Under the pieces are notes generated by a model. That model was not told where the DNA came from and searched no databases. It was given only the letters and a program-made list of their open reading frames with translations. From Octopus vulgaris (taxonomy: Eukaryota): DNA of 64,000 nucleotides. Within the stretch, counting starts at the first letter, position 1. The number at the start of each line of letters is the position of its first letter. Position numbers and translations under genes: made by a program. This document shows positions 39,307 through 52,015 of the stretch, one piece after another. The stretch lies in the NCBI GenBank assembly GCA_951406725.2, contig OX597814.1:219046001-219110000 (forward strand), read 5' to 3'.

Positions 39307-39510
39307 TCGAGCAGACCAATTGGATATACGTAGTTCGTAACGGCTAAGTGGGGTCAATAAATCCATTTCTCCAGATATACCTTCGTTTTGTGGAGGTCGT
39401 ATAGTGTATGGGGGTGCGGCTCGGAAGTTTGGGATCCAGTCCCCTTAGTGTTGACTGTTTTTGTATATTACTTGGATTGAGCGTCACAGTAGTTCTTTAG
39501 CGGCTATTGG

Positions 39511-40422
39511 CAGTAAGTGTAGCATGAGGGGAGGGGCAATGAGGGTGGTCTGCCCTAGGCGGTGCTTTTATGGTGATGTCACTTTTGGGTTTTTGCAAAC
39601 TCAGGGCGCGAAACCTTTTTTCCCACGAGAGTTCCGGACCCCAGTTAATGAACTCATTTACATACAACCAAACAGAGCTCACCTTGATCTTGTTACCAAG
39701 GTAACAAACACACTCTACCAAGAAAACTCAAGACGAAGAACGGTGTTGTAAGTCGACCGATCGCCGCCAAGTTATACCTTGTTACGCATTCATATGTATG
39801 TGTTTGCGTATGCCAAACTACATCTCCACTCTTGGCACTATTTTGTTTGTGAACAGTACAACTGTGTGTAAAGTATATAATGTATTACTACGCTGAATGT
39901 CGTCGTCCGTGTAACATGTAAAGATAATAAATATGTAAACATAACAATGGTTTTCAATTGGTTGTCTATCCCATCAGAACCCAAACTACACACAACATAC
40001 CTGATTTCAGAAGGAGACAAGTAATTAGATTTGCATCCATACCTATTATCGGATTTTGTTAGGGCCCCACATGGTAAAGATGTGGATGGGAAAAATGTGG
40101 GTAGAGGGTGATGTGCTCGCAACCCTCTCCCCATACTGTCTTACAAAGTAAACAACAACACAAACAACTACGCAGAGGCAGCCATGGTTGAGACAAGAAC
40201 AAGAACAACAAGCATTCTTAAGAAAGAAAAGAAGCATGGGCATTCCTTACCCAGGTGACCTTATCTTATCGCCTTATCACTTGTTATGCGCTCATAAATT
40301 AGTTTGGTATTTGAGCTCTGATTGGCTGTATGCAAATGAGTGCATAACTGGGGTCTGGAACTCTCGTGGGAAAAAAAAAACATTTCGCATCCCGCGCAGC
40401 ACACACTCTAACTACGCCACTG
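39511..40422. mobile_element. Degenerate hAT-like MITE containing an inner inverted-repeat element (~39603-40393)
   Basis: Right end ctaactacgccactg (similar end at ~63080-63095); inner ~80-bp inverted repeat ttcccacgagagttcc(g/a)gaccccagtta. Confidence 0.55.
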
Positions 40423-40971
40423 CTTGTTGGTGATGTGTCTCCCAATACAATGTAAGGGCTAATGAAGCTATTGGTACTGCTGTTAGTTAGGCATATGTCT
40501 TTTTTAAGGCTTATCTGGCTCGAGTAGAAGGGGGTTCTAGTTAACAAGGGAATGAAGCCATTGAGGGAGTTTCTTCTTCGCACTTGGTTAACCTGGTAGA
40601 TTTAGCTGTCAAATCTCTATCAAACCACGTACCTTGGTCTTAAAAAAAGGAAGACAAAGGGGCAATAATAAGGTACTAGATCGCGCTGGGGCAGGAAGGT
40701 TCATTTAATTTTGATGGAGAAGTGAAAGTTTACAGAAAAATTATATAAATCAGTCCTTAAATGTAGTTTTAAATAGTTACTAAATTAGTATCCCTATATG
40801 GGAAACTGAGTCAAGTTTGTCTGTTTCAGGAAATTAAGTTAACAAAAGAAGGAAGGAGTATTGTTTAATTGGAGAATTAATTAACTTTACAGGGCTTAAA
40901 TAAGCTATTCGGAGAAGGTAACAATAAACAGCAGTAATGCTTATTCACAGAAAACGCTCAGTGCATGGAGA

Positions 40972-41354
40972 TGGAAGCACTCCGTCGGTTGCGACGACGA
41001 GGGTTCCGGTTGATCCGAATCAACGGAACAGCCTGCTCGTGAAATTAACGTGTAAGTGGCTGAGCACTCCACAGACACGCGTACCCTTAACGTAGTTCTC
41101 GGGGATATTCAGCATGACACAGAGCGTAACAAGGCCGGCCCTTTGAAATACAGGTACAACAGAAACAGGAAGTAAGAGTGAGAGAAAGTTGTGGTGAAAG
41201 AGTACAGCAGGGATCACCACCATCCCCTGCCGGAGCCTCATGAAGCTTTAGGTGTTTTCGCTCAATAAACACTCACAACGCCCGGTCTGGGAATCGAAAC
41301 AGCGATCCTATGACCGCGAGTCCGCTGCCCTAACCACTGGGCCATTGCGCCTCC
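40972..41354 (-). mobile_element. SINE C
   Basis: Full length; imperfect TSD ...agtgcat. Confidence 0.9.
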
Positions 41355-41764
41355 ACGCTTTAGTGCATATTACTCTCAAGAATCAATACACGAACATTTT
41401 TGAATTTTCAGTGCTGTCCCCGAGGTTCCAACAGGGTTGTATAACTAATTAGACTGTGGCCTATATACAAAATAATGAGTAATAGATGTAATCTTTATCT
41501 AGTGTGCAAAATACCAAACGAAATATACATATTCTATCCAACAGCTATATAGTTCTCATTATTCGCTAGGTTATTTTTACTATCCCGAAAAGAATTCTTC
41601 AAACCTGTTAGTTATTGTAAGTAGTCGTCCTTCATGTGGAACAAACAAAAGATCAAATTACTTATGCTAATAAGGTTTACTTTCCACCTGGCTCTGTGCC
41701 AAATTTGTTTTTAGAAAAGAGAGTTGTATTCATCAAGCGAATCGAATCCAATCCATGACAAGTT

Positions 41765-43625
41765 CTTATTTTATTGGGTCTGAAAGGATGAAGAGCGAAG
41801 TCGGGCAAAATGCCGCTAAACATTTTTGTCCGTGGTACTTAACGATCCTTGCCTGGTCAAATAATAATCGTTTCTGACACAGGTATAAGAGCTGAAATTT
41901 GAAGGAGTCAGTTACGTCGATCCCAGTTGTAGTTGTTTGTTTTGTTGACCCTGGAATGATGCAAGGCAAACTTGGTCACAACAGGAATCGAACGCAGAAC
42001 GTAAAGTTCCGAAAGAAATACTGCAACGATTTTGTCAATTCACACTCTAATATATGTTTCTGACATAGGCACAGGGTTTGAAATTTGAAGGACGGCAACA
42101 GTCGATTGTACCAACCCTTGTACTTCACTGATATTCCATTTTATCGACCCCGGAGGCATGAAAGTCAAAACTGATCTCAACATAATTTGGTCTCAGACTG
42201 AAAGGAACTTCTAAATATCTAAAAGATATTTTAACCGCCGCACTAACGATTCTGGCAAATAATTTTTTTTCCTTTTTACTATAGGAACCAGGCTTGAAAC
42301 GTTTGTTGGAAGAAGGCCTGTTGATTACATCGATCCCAATGCTCAACTGGTACTTTATTTTATCAACACCAAAAGGATGAAGGGCAAAGTCGACCTCAGC
42401 GGAATTTGAACACAGAACGTAAGGAGCCGGAAGAAATGCCGTTAAACATTTTCTCCGGTGCGCTGACGATTCTGTTTGCTCGCCACCTTAAATGATTTCA
42501 AATTTTTGGCACACGGCCTGTAATTTTAGTGGGAGGTAGTTACCCGATTTCGTGACCCTAGGTTTCGACTGGTATTTATTTCATCAACTCTGGAGTGATG
42601 AAAGACTAAGTTGACCCAAACGCTCAGTATTTTATCCGACCTGTTAATGAAGCCGCCACCTCACCGGCTTCCATCACCTTAGCAACACTATTGTTTCTAA
42701 TATTGACTCAAAGCCAACAATTTTAGAGGAGGGTGTAAATCGATTACATCGATCCCACTACTCGACTTGTATTTATTTTATCAACCTCAAAAGGATTAAA
42801 GGCAAAGTCGACCTCGGTGGAATTTGAGCTCAGAACGTTGTGAGTCAAAAGAAATATCCCAAAGCATATTTTCCGAAGATCTAACGACTCTGCCACTTCA
42901 CCACTTTAGCAATAATAATTCTTTCTACTATAGACACAGTGGACGCACATGGCCTAGTGGTTAGAGCAGCAGACCTCGCGATCGAGGGATCGTGGGTTCT
43001 AATCTCAGACCGGCCGATGTGTGTGTTTATGAGCGAAACACTTGAGGTCCACGCGGCTCCGGCAGAAGGTAATGGCAAACTTCTGCTGACTCTTTCGCCA
43101 CAACTTTCTCTCGCTCTTTCCTCCTGCATCTAGCAGCTCACCTACGACGGACCAGCGTCACGTCCAGGTGAGGAACCTATACGCCAAGGAAACCGGGAAA
43201 CCGAAACCGGCCCTTATGAGCCAGGCAGGGGTCGAGATGGAACAAACAACAACTATAGGTACAGGGCCTGAAATTTTTTTGGCGGGGGAATAGTTGATTA
43301 CATCGACTCCAGTGCTCAGCTGGTACTTGCTTAATCGATCCCGAAAGGATCAAAGACAAAGTCAACTTCGGCAGGATTTGGACTCAGAATATAAAGACGG
43401 ATGTAGAGCCCCTAAGCATTTTCCCGGCGTGCTATCGATTTTGATTGCTCGCTAATAATAACGATAGTCCTTATTACTAAAGACACAAGGCCCGAAATTT
43501 GGGGGAAGGGAGCAGTCGATTACATCGACCCCGAAAGGATAAAAGGTAAAGTCGACCTCGACAGGATTTGAACCCAAAACGTAAAGACGGACGAAATGCC
43601 GTGCTAACGATTTTGCCAGCTCGAC
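41765..43625 (-). mobile_element. Head-to-tail cluster of ~7 degenerate SINE B copies
   Basis: Recurring cgaccc.gaaaggatgaaaggcaaagtcgacctc core, all in the same orientation. Confidence 0.75.
42940..43252 (+). mobile_element. SINE C-related variant with a different (V-domain-like) 3' half
   Basis: C-like tRNA head, then cctacgacggaccagcgtcacgtccagg...gaaaccggg, (AAC)n tail; imperfect TSD actatag..acag. Confidence 0.6.
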
Positions 43626-43704
43626 CACAAAGACTGCAAAAAGCATTTAGGGCAATGTGAAAACAAAGGATAACGGGAATAGTAATAACAGAAGAATTAC
43701 AACA

Positions 43705-44140
43705 AAATTCTCCATTTGAGTGGGGACACTTCTCGGGTTGACCAAGGAACTCCCACAAACAAAGAAACACTGGAGATGCTGTAGCTTCAGTGAATGACTG
43801 AGCATAATTAGTCACCGAATTCCCAATTCTCCACGCAGTGGATGTCGACATCTAATGTGCTGTCCGACCAGTGGAACACATCCTCTCTAAAGCAGACGAG
43901 AAAGTACTCCATTCTGGTCAGTCGTGAAAGAAGGCAAAGCACGCTGATCAGGAGATAATAGATGAATGCAATGTAGATATTTATCCCCGCTTCGGACCTT
44001 TCAGTGATAGTTTCCTCTCGGCCTATTTCTAAGTGAAACTGCCCACCCTGCTCATCACCTCTTCCCAGTTCTTGTCCATTTGGAGGTCTGAACCAAATCA
44101 AAATTTGAGCAATAAAACTAGTCCATCCAGTGCCCACACC
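43705..44140 (-). mobile_element. Decayed L1/Tx1 RT C-terminal fragment
   Basis: DLQMDKNWEEVMSRV...AERKLSLKG, with stop codons. Confidence 0.65.
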
Positions 44141-45676
44141 ACGCTGTCACAAAGTTTATTGCAAGAAGGGGGCGTGCATGAATACGACAAGCCCCCCACT
44201 GTTGTAATAGTGCAGGAGTTCCATGTTTTATAACGGCTATTCACCGCAACCGTTCTCCGCCGTCAACTGTCGTGGGCTTCTTGTCATTGAACTAGAGTGC
44301 GGAACGGTTAGGTCTGTCACATTTTGAGAGGCCGTTGTATCATGCTGAACTCTCCCTGACTATGATCAGTAATACAAGAGAGTCGAATTTGTGTCTTCTT
44401 AATTTGACCCGAGTCGTATTGTCATTCAGTTTTGTCGACTTTTCAGTACAGGTGAGGTAAAATAAACATCGGAGATGGTTTTGTCCAATGCAGAAATTGC
44501 AGGAGATAGCCAGAGGTATTGCAAGATCTTCTTCTGAAGCCACCGCAAAGTCGGGAGCTCTTCGTATTTTCGACAGGTATCTCAAGATCACAGGCATTTC
44601 GTCCCTTAGCCTGTACGCTTCACCAGAATGAATCAGGGAGGACTAAATTAGTATCCGTTGGCAGAAGGGTTCCACCTTCAGACTCTGGTCAAGCACAGGG
44701 ACTGTGAACTGCTTCCATCTGCCATGCCTTTTCTTTTGGTGCTTTTCTTTAGTTGCTTGTGTTTTAGACCATTCTTTTGCAAAAAGTAGCACACCGATGC
44801 GGCTGGTTTCGATAGGGAGTGAGGCCGAACGCCATCCGTTGAGAAGCTGCGTTGACCAAGTCCTGATATTTGATTTGCTTTAGCCGATGAGAAATGTCGA
44901 GTCAGTTTTCCCTGGGCACCGTAAGTTTAACCACGATGATTGTTATCTAGACAATAATTTCGTAAACGTGAAGTTAGTCCAGTGCGTGCTACATTAGTAT
45001 TTGAGATGGTTTTTATCGTCGTTTAGCAACTTAATATCAAACCTGGATGAAAAACCTATACAAGCAAGGTTGTAACTTAAACACGTTTATTGTGGCCACA
45101 CGTATATACAAAATGGGATGATAAATAGAATGGTTGGTGTGTAAAGGCCATAGTCTTCTGTGCTATGATCCTCTCTGCAAAGCTGGCCTGTGGCATAATA
45201 TAGAGGCAGTGAAGTTGTGTCCGTCCTCATAGCTTGCGTGTCAGCGCAGAAAAAGAGGGAGACGAAGTCACTCGTCTGAATCTTAATGTTGTGTAACGCC
45301 CTCTATATCTGTATGGCCAGTTTGTTTACCCGCTGTGAAGGTGGGTAATGCGCCCACAGTATAAATATTTTCATTAGCATAAATACTTTTGTTCCTTTTT
45401 TTTTTTCCCTCTGAAACTAACATTATTCAATTTCTTTCGTTCTATTTAAGTGTGCGGACACTGTTGGAAATAGCTCAAGTTCTAGTCTCTAACAAAGTCG
45501 GTATTCGAACTTCTTCAAACCTCAAACAGAAGACGGTATTGTTGCGTCACTTCTATAGAACCATCGCACAGAAAGTGTAGCGTGGCCGGAGCAGTCTTAA
45601 ATTTCCATTGTTTATGCACGGTTGTTGCATCCACAGTGTTAAAGCGTATGAGCGAAGGTGGTCCTTGATTTCTCCA

Positions 45677-45954
45677 AACACACACACATGCTCACACACA
45701 CACGCACGCACACACACACACGCACGCGCACACACACACACACATGCACGCACGCACACACACACACACGCACGCACACACACGCACACACACACACGCG
45801 CACGCACACACACACGCACGCACGCACACACACACATGCACACACACACACACGCGCACACACACACACACACACGCTTACACACACACGCACACACACA
45901 TGCGCGCACACACACATACATGCACACACACACACACACTCACACACACACGCG

Positions 45955-46037
<83 letters not shown>
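45677..46037. repeat. (CA)n/(CG) alternating purine-pyrimidine microsatellite, ~360 bp
   Basis: Seen directly. Confidence 0.95.
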
Positions 46038-46040
<3 letters not shown>

Positions 46041-46122
46041 CTAGCGCATAAATGGGGAAAAAAAAAAACAAGTACTCGAATACCGAAGTTAGAGTTTATT
46101 AAAGCTGAAAAGAATCTTTACA

Positions 46123-46164
46123 AACCGTTACTCGGAGTTTCACGTTGCCATTCGTCGGACAGAT
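46123..46164 (-). ncRNA. Minimal type I hammerhead ribozyme motif (Penelope-like pLTR type), U4C core variant
   Basis: Minus strand: ctgt-CCGACGA-atg(GCAA)cgt-GAA-actccgagt-A-acgg. Stems I, II (GNRA loop) and III all pair; GUA cleavage triplet. Confidence 0.65.
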
Positions 46165-46172
46165 GCGATCAC

Positions 46173-46215
46173 AACTGTCCGACGAACAGTATCGTGAAAC
46201 TCCGGGTTCGAGTTT
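46173..46215 (+). ncRNA. Degenerate second copy of the hammerhead motif, inverted relative to the first
   Basis: aactgt-CCGACGA-acagtatcgt-GAA-actccgggt-T; stems I and II partly broken. Confidence 0.4.
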
Positions 46216-46267
46216 GCAAAGATTTGTGAACATTTTCTTTTCAGTTTTAATAAATGAGTAAATATAC

Positions 46268-47207
<940 letters not shown>

Positions 47208-47539
47208 TATGAAAACTTATATTTTCAGGGAGGTAAGTAAGAGTTTCCTCCCATGGGATGATGTCAGCAGTGGCCGAAAAATGTCAGTTGGAGGTCTTAA
47301 AGGATCGTAAAGGAAAGACGATCACGTTCTTTAAAATGAATTTCCTGTCATGATGACATGACTAGGAAATATTTTACCTTTTCAGTTCACCCGGATCGTG
47401 AGATTTCTTTAAAACGACCCCCCCACACCCGTAAAGCAAAGCCTGCAACACTCACAAGAGCATGGCCCAGACATGTTGTAGAAGTTTCCAGTTTGTTTTG
47501 TACGGCATCCTTTCTTCTTACTTGTTTGTGTACGGGTGT

Positions 47540-47966
<427 letters not shown>

Positions 47967-48461
47967 TGTTTCTTTATTAGCCACACAGGGCTGCACACAG
48001 ATAGAACAAATTACAAGGTAGAGCTTTTCTTTTGAAGGTAAAAAAAAAAGGGGAGGGTCGATCAAAAGGGATCGTAAAAGGAGAGAAAGAGGACAAAAAA
48101 AGGGGGGGGTTAAAAAAAAGGGGGAGAGGAAAAAAAAATTGATCAATAGGGATCGTTATCACAGAAATGTCAATATGAAGTGTAAAGGGGAGGACAGGTG
48201 AGGTTTACCCGTGGAAAGAAAAGCCTACGGAAAAGACCACGGTAACCTCGGTCAATGAAGTCACATGTTATATTTCTTTTTTTTTTTTTTTTTGCAAATA
48301 AGCAACTCTCTGTAGATAGATAGATAGATAGATAGATACACATAATGAAGACTTAGACAATCTATAAAGAGTCGATCAGTAGATATACATTGAGATATTA
48401 TACACACAAATTCGTGTCTGCGTTTGTGTCTGAAACAGACTGACCCGAAGAAGCAGACCTA

Positions 48462-48462
<1 letters not shown>

Positions 48463-48519
<57 letters not shown>

Positions 48520-48538
48520 CGTAGTAGTAGTAGTAGTC

Positions 48539-48594
<56 letters not shown>

Positions 48595-48598
48595 CGTT

Positions 48599-48651
<53 letters not shown>

Positions 48652-48694
48652 CGTTGTAGTAGTAGTAGTAGTCGTCGTCGTAGTAGTAGTAGTC

Positions 48695-48726
<32 letters not shown>

Positions 48727-48757
48727 TGTAGTAGTAGTAGTAGTAGTAATAGTCGTT

Positions 48758-48789
<32 letters not shown>

Positions 48790-48895
48790 TCTAGTAGTAG
48801 TAGTAGTCGTCGTAGTAGTAGTAGTCGTAGTAGTAGTAGTCGTCGTAGTAGTAGTAGTCGTAGTAGTAGTAATAGTCGTTGTAGTAGTAGTAGTT

Positions 48896-48948
<53 letters not shown>

Positions 48949-49063
48949 TCTAGTAGTAGTAGTCGTAGTAGTAGTAGTAGTAGTAGTAATAGTAGTAGTA
49001 GTCGTTGTAGTAGTAGTCGTTGTAGTAGTAGTAGTTGTAGTAGTAGTAGTCGTCGTCGTCGTC

Positions 49064-49106
<43 letters not shown>

Positions 49107-49147
49107 CAGTAGTAGTAGTAGTAGTAGTTGTCGTTGTGGTAGTTGTA
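48463..49147. repeat. ~680-bp (TAG)n trinucleotide array with TCG/TTG variants
   Basis: Seen directly; source of the spurious poly-Leu ORF. Confidence 0.97.
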
Positions 49148-49162
49148 GAAGGAAGAGAAAGA

Positions 49163-50077
49163 GGATCTTTACCTTTTGACCGACAGATTTAAAAAATAAT
49201 TTTTTGTAACTAAACACTTTCAAACTTCGTATACTTGTAGAATGTGTCATATAAAACATCCTTTACTCTTGGCGTTGTTGAGAAAATTCTGTATTTTGGA
49301 AGTTATTTCTTGTTAAAGTTGTCGTATTTCGGTAATTTCAACCAATCAATGACGTGTATTCAGCTGAATAAAATTACTGCTGTTGCTTGTCAACAACAAC
49401 TTCCAGTGGTGTATATTTCCTTTGTCACTGTTATTTATGACATATTTCATCTCAGTTACGTTTCTATGAATAAACGAATGTATCTGAATCATATTTAATT
49501 CATGGCACAACCATAATATTTCGTGCTTCATTTTTCATTTTTTTCTGTAACTCTAACCCTAAAACCCCAACCCTAAAACCTTAACCCTAACCCTAACCCT
49601 AAAACCTCAACCCTAACCCTAAAACCCCAACCCTAACTCTAAAACCCTAACCCTAACCCTAAAACCCTAACCCTAGCCCTAAAACGCTAACACTAACCCT
49701 AAACCCCTAGCCCTAACCCTAACCCTAAAACCCTAACCCTAAAACCCTAACCCTAACCGTAAAACCTTAAAGCTAAAACCAGTACAAACGCACGAACGAT
49801 GTCATAAATAACAGTGACAAACGAAATATAGACCACCGATGGTTGTTGACAAACAACGGCAGTAATTTTATTCAGCTGAATACACGTCATTGATTGGTTG
49901 AAATTACCAAAATACGACAACTTTAACAAGAAATAACTTCCAAAATACAGAATTTTCTCAACAACGCCAAGAGTAAAAGATGTTTTATATGACACATTCT
50001 ACCGATGTCCGAAGTTTGAAAGTGTTTAGTTACAAAAAATTTATTTTCTAAATCTGTCGGTCAAAAGGTAAAGATCC
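49163..50077. mobile_element. Fold-back MITE with ~280-bp TIRs and a central telomere-like array
   Basis: ggatctttaccttttgaccgacagattt/aaatctgtcggtcaaaaggtaaagatcc; 8-bp TSD gagaaaga/gagaagga; mirror ORFs 49244+ and 49753-; CCCTAA/CCCTAAAA array at ~49550-49780. Confidence 0.88.
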
Positions 50078-50118
50078 GAGAAGGATTGAGAGAGAGAGGA
50101 GGGGAGAGAGAAAGAGAG

Positions 50119-50190
<72 letters not shown>

Positions 50191-50344
50191 CTATTGGTGA
50201 AGTCGCGAATGGCGATGAAAGGACTTTGATAAACCTAACCGACTGAGTGACCGAACGATTAACCAAACAATCAATTAGTTAATTGCTTAACGGATTGACA
50301 AATACGGATTTGGAATTTCAAATTTTGGCACGAACTCAGACTCA

Positions 50345-50859
50345 ACACGGAGACCTACATCAAGTGTCTGGAGGGGGTAGTGCTGCCCTGGGTCAAGAGA
50401 GTAGCTGCTGGAAGACCCTATGTCTGGCAACAAGACTCTGCACCGTGTCACACAAGCAAGAGAACCCAGTCATGGCTGTCAGACAGTTTCTGCAACTACA
50501 TCACCCCTAACATCTGGCCACCCAACTCCCGAGACTGCAACCCCCTTCATTATTATGTGTGGGACGCAGTTGAGCGAGAGTCCACTAAAACTCCTCCTAA
50601 CACCAAAGATGAGCTGAAGGCAAAGATTATGGCAGCATTCACCAACTTAACAAGGAGACCGTCCAGAAGAGTTGCAGGAGATTCTGAAGTCATCTAAAGG
50701 CCGTGGTTGAAGCCAATGGCGATTTTATTGAATAAATTTACTCTTTAGTATTTCAAGATATTTTCATGTAATTTTGGTAAATGCATCTGTTAAAATGAAG
50801 TGTCAGTGTTATTTTCATTTTTGAGTAATTTAGACGACAGTTTATTCACCGTACCGTGT
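50345..50859 (+). mobile_element. Tc1/mariner maT (DD37D-like) 3' fragment
   Basis: YVWQQDSAPCHTS...WPPNSRDCNPLHYYVW; ends ...ccgtg|ta. Confidence 0.8.
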
Positions 50860-50949
50860 ATATTGGTTTCAAATTTTGGCACAAGGCTAGCAATATATAT
50901 ATTAGCACACCGGGTAAAATATATAGCGGTATTTCGTCCGTCTTTATAT

Positions 50950-51492
50950 GGTTCCGGGTTCAGTACCGCTGCGTGTCACCTTGGGCAAGTGTCTTCTACT
51001 ATAGCCTCGGGCTGACGAAAGCCTTGTGAGTGGATTTGGTAGACGGAAACTGAAAGAAGCCCGTCGTATATTATGTGTATTTATATATGTATGTGTGTGT
51101 GTTTGTCCCCCAAAATCGCTTGACAACCGATGGTGGTGTGTTTACGTTCCCGTAACTAAGCGGTTCAGCAAAACAGACCGATAGAATAAGTACGGTGCTC
51201 CAGCATGGCCGCAGTCAAATGACTGAAACAAATAAAAGAATAAAAGTATATACTTATATATATTCTTTTCTTCTTTTATTCTTTTACTTGACTGCAGACA
51301 TGCTGGAGCACCGCCTTTAGTCGAGCAAATCGACCCCAGGACTTATTCTTCGTAAGCCTGATACTTATTCTATCGGTCTCTTTTGCCGAACCGCTAAGTT
51401 ACGGGGACGTAAACACACCAACATCGGTTGTCAAGCGATGGTGGGGGGACAAATACAGAAACACAAATACACACATACATACATACATATAC

Positions 51493-51534
<42 letters not shown>

Positions 51535-52015
51535 GACGGGCTTCTTTCAGTTTCCGTCTACCAAATCCATTCTCAAGGCTTTGTCGGCCCGAGGCTATAG
51601 TAGAATACACATGCCCAAGGTGCCATGCAGTGGGACTGAAGCCGGAACCATGTGGTTAAGAAGCAAGCTACTTACCACACACCAATATATGTATATTTTT
51701 CGTAATAGTAATCTTTTACCTGTTTTAGTCATTGGACTGTGGTCATGCTGGAGCACCGTTTTGTAGATTTAATTGAACAAATCGACACCGGTATTTTAAG
51801 TCTTGTACTCATCTTACTGTCTCTTTTGTCAAACCGCTAAGCTATGGATGTATATATACGATTGTCTTCCACCCAGTTTCCGTCTATGAAATTCATTCAC
51901 TAGGTAATGTTCGGCCAGGGGTTAGAATAGAAGACATTTGCCAAAGGTGCTGCAATGTGGAACTGAACCCGAAACCACGTAGTTTGGGGTAGGGGAATAG
52001 TCGAAACCACACAGC
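50950..52015. mobile_element. SINE A cluster: + copy ~50950-51245, - copies ~51280-51680 and ~51715-52015
   Basis: Family A motifs on opposite strands. Confidence 0.85.

Noticed and set aside
47217-47239. ttttcag-GGAG-gtaagt as a 4-nt microexon
   Set aside because: No plus-strand host gene is identifiable; a chance match is plausible.
48459-49259. 266-aa poly-Leu ORF
   Set aside because: Translation of the (CTA)n strand of a microsatellite; its start lies in a MITE TIR.
49550-49780. CCCTAA array as a true telomere or fusion scar
   Set aside because: Short, degenerate, single orientation and enclosed by TIRs with a TSD.
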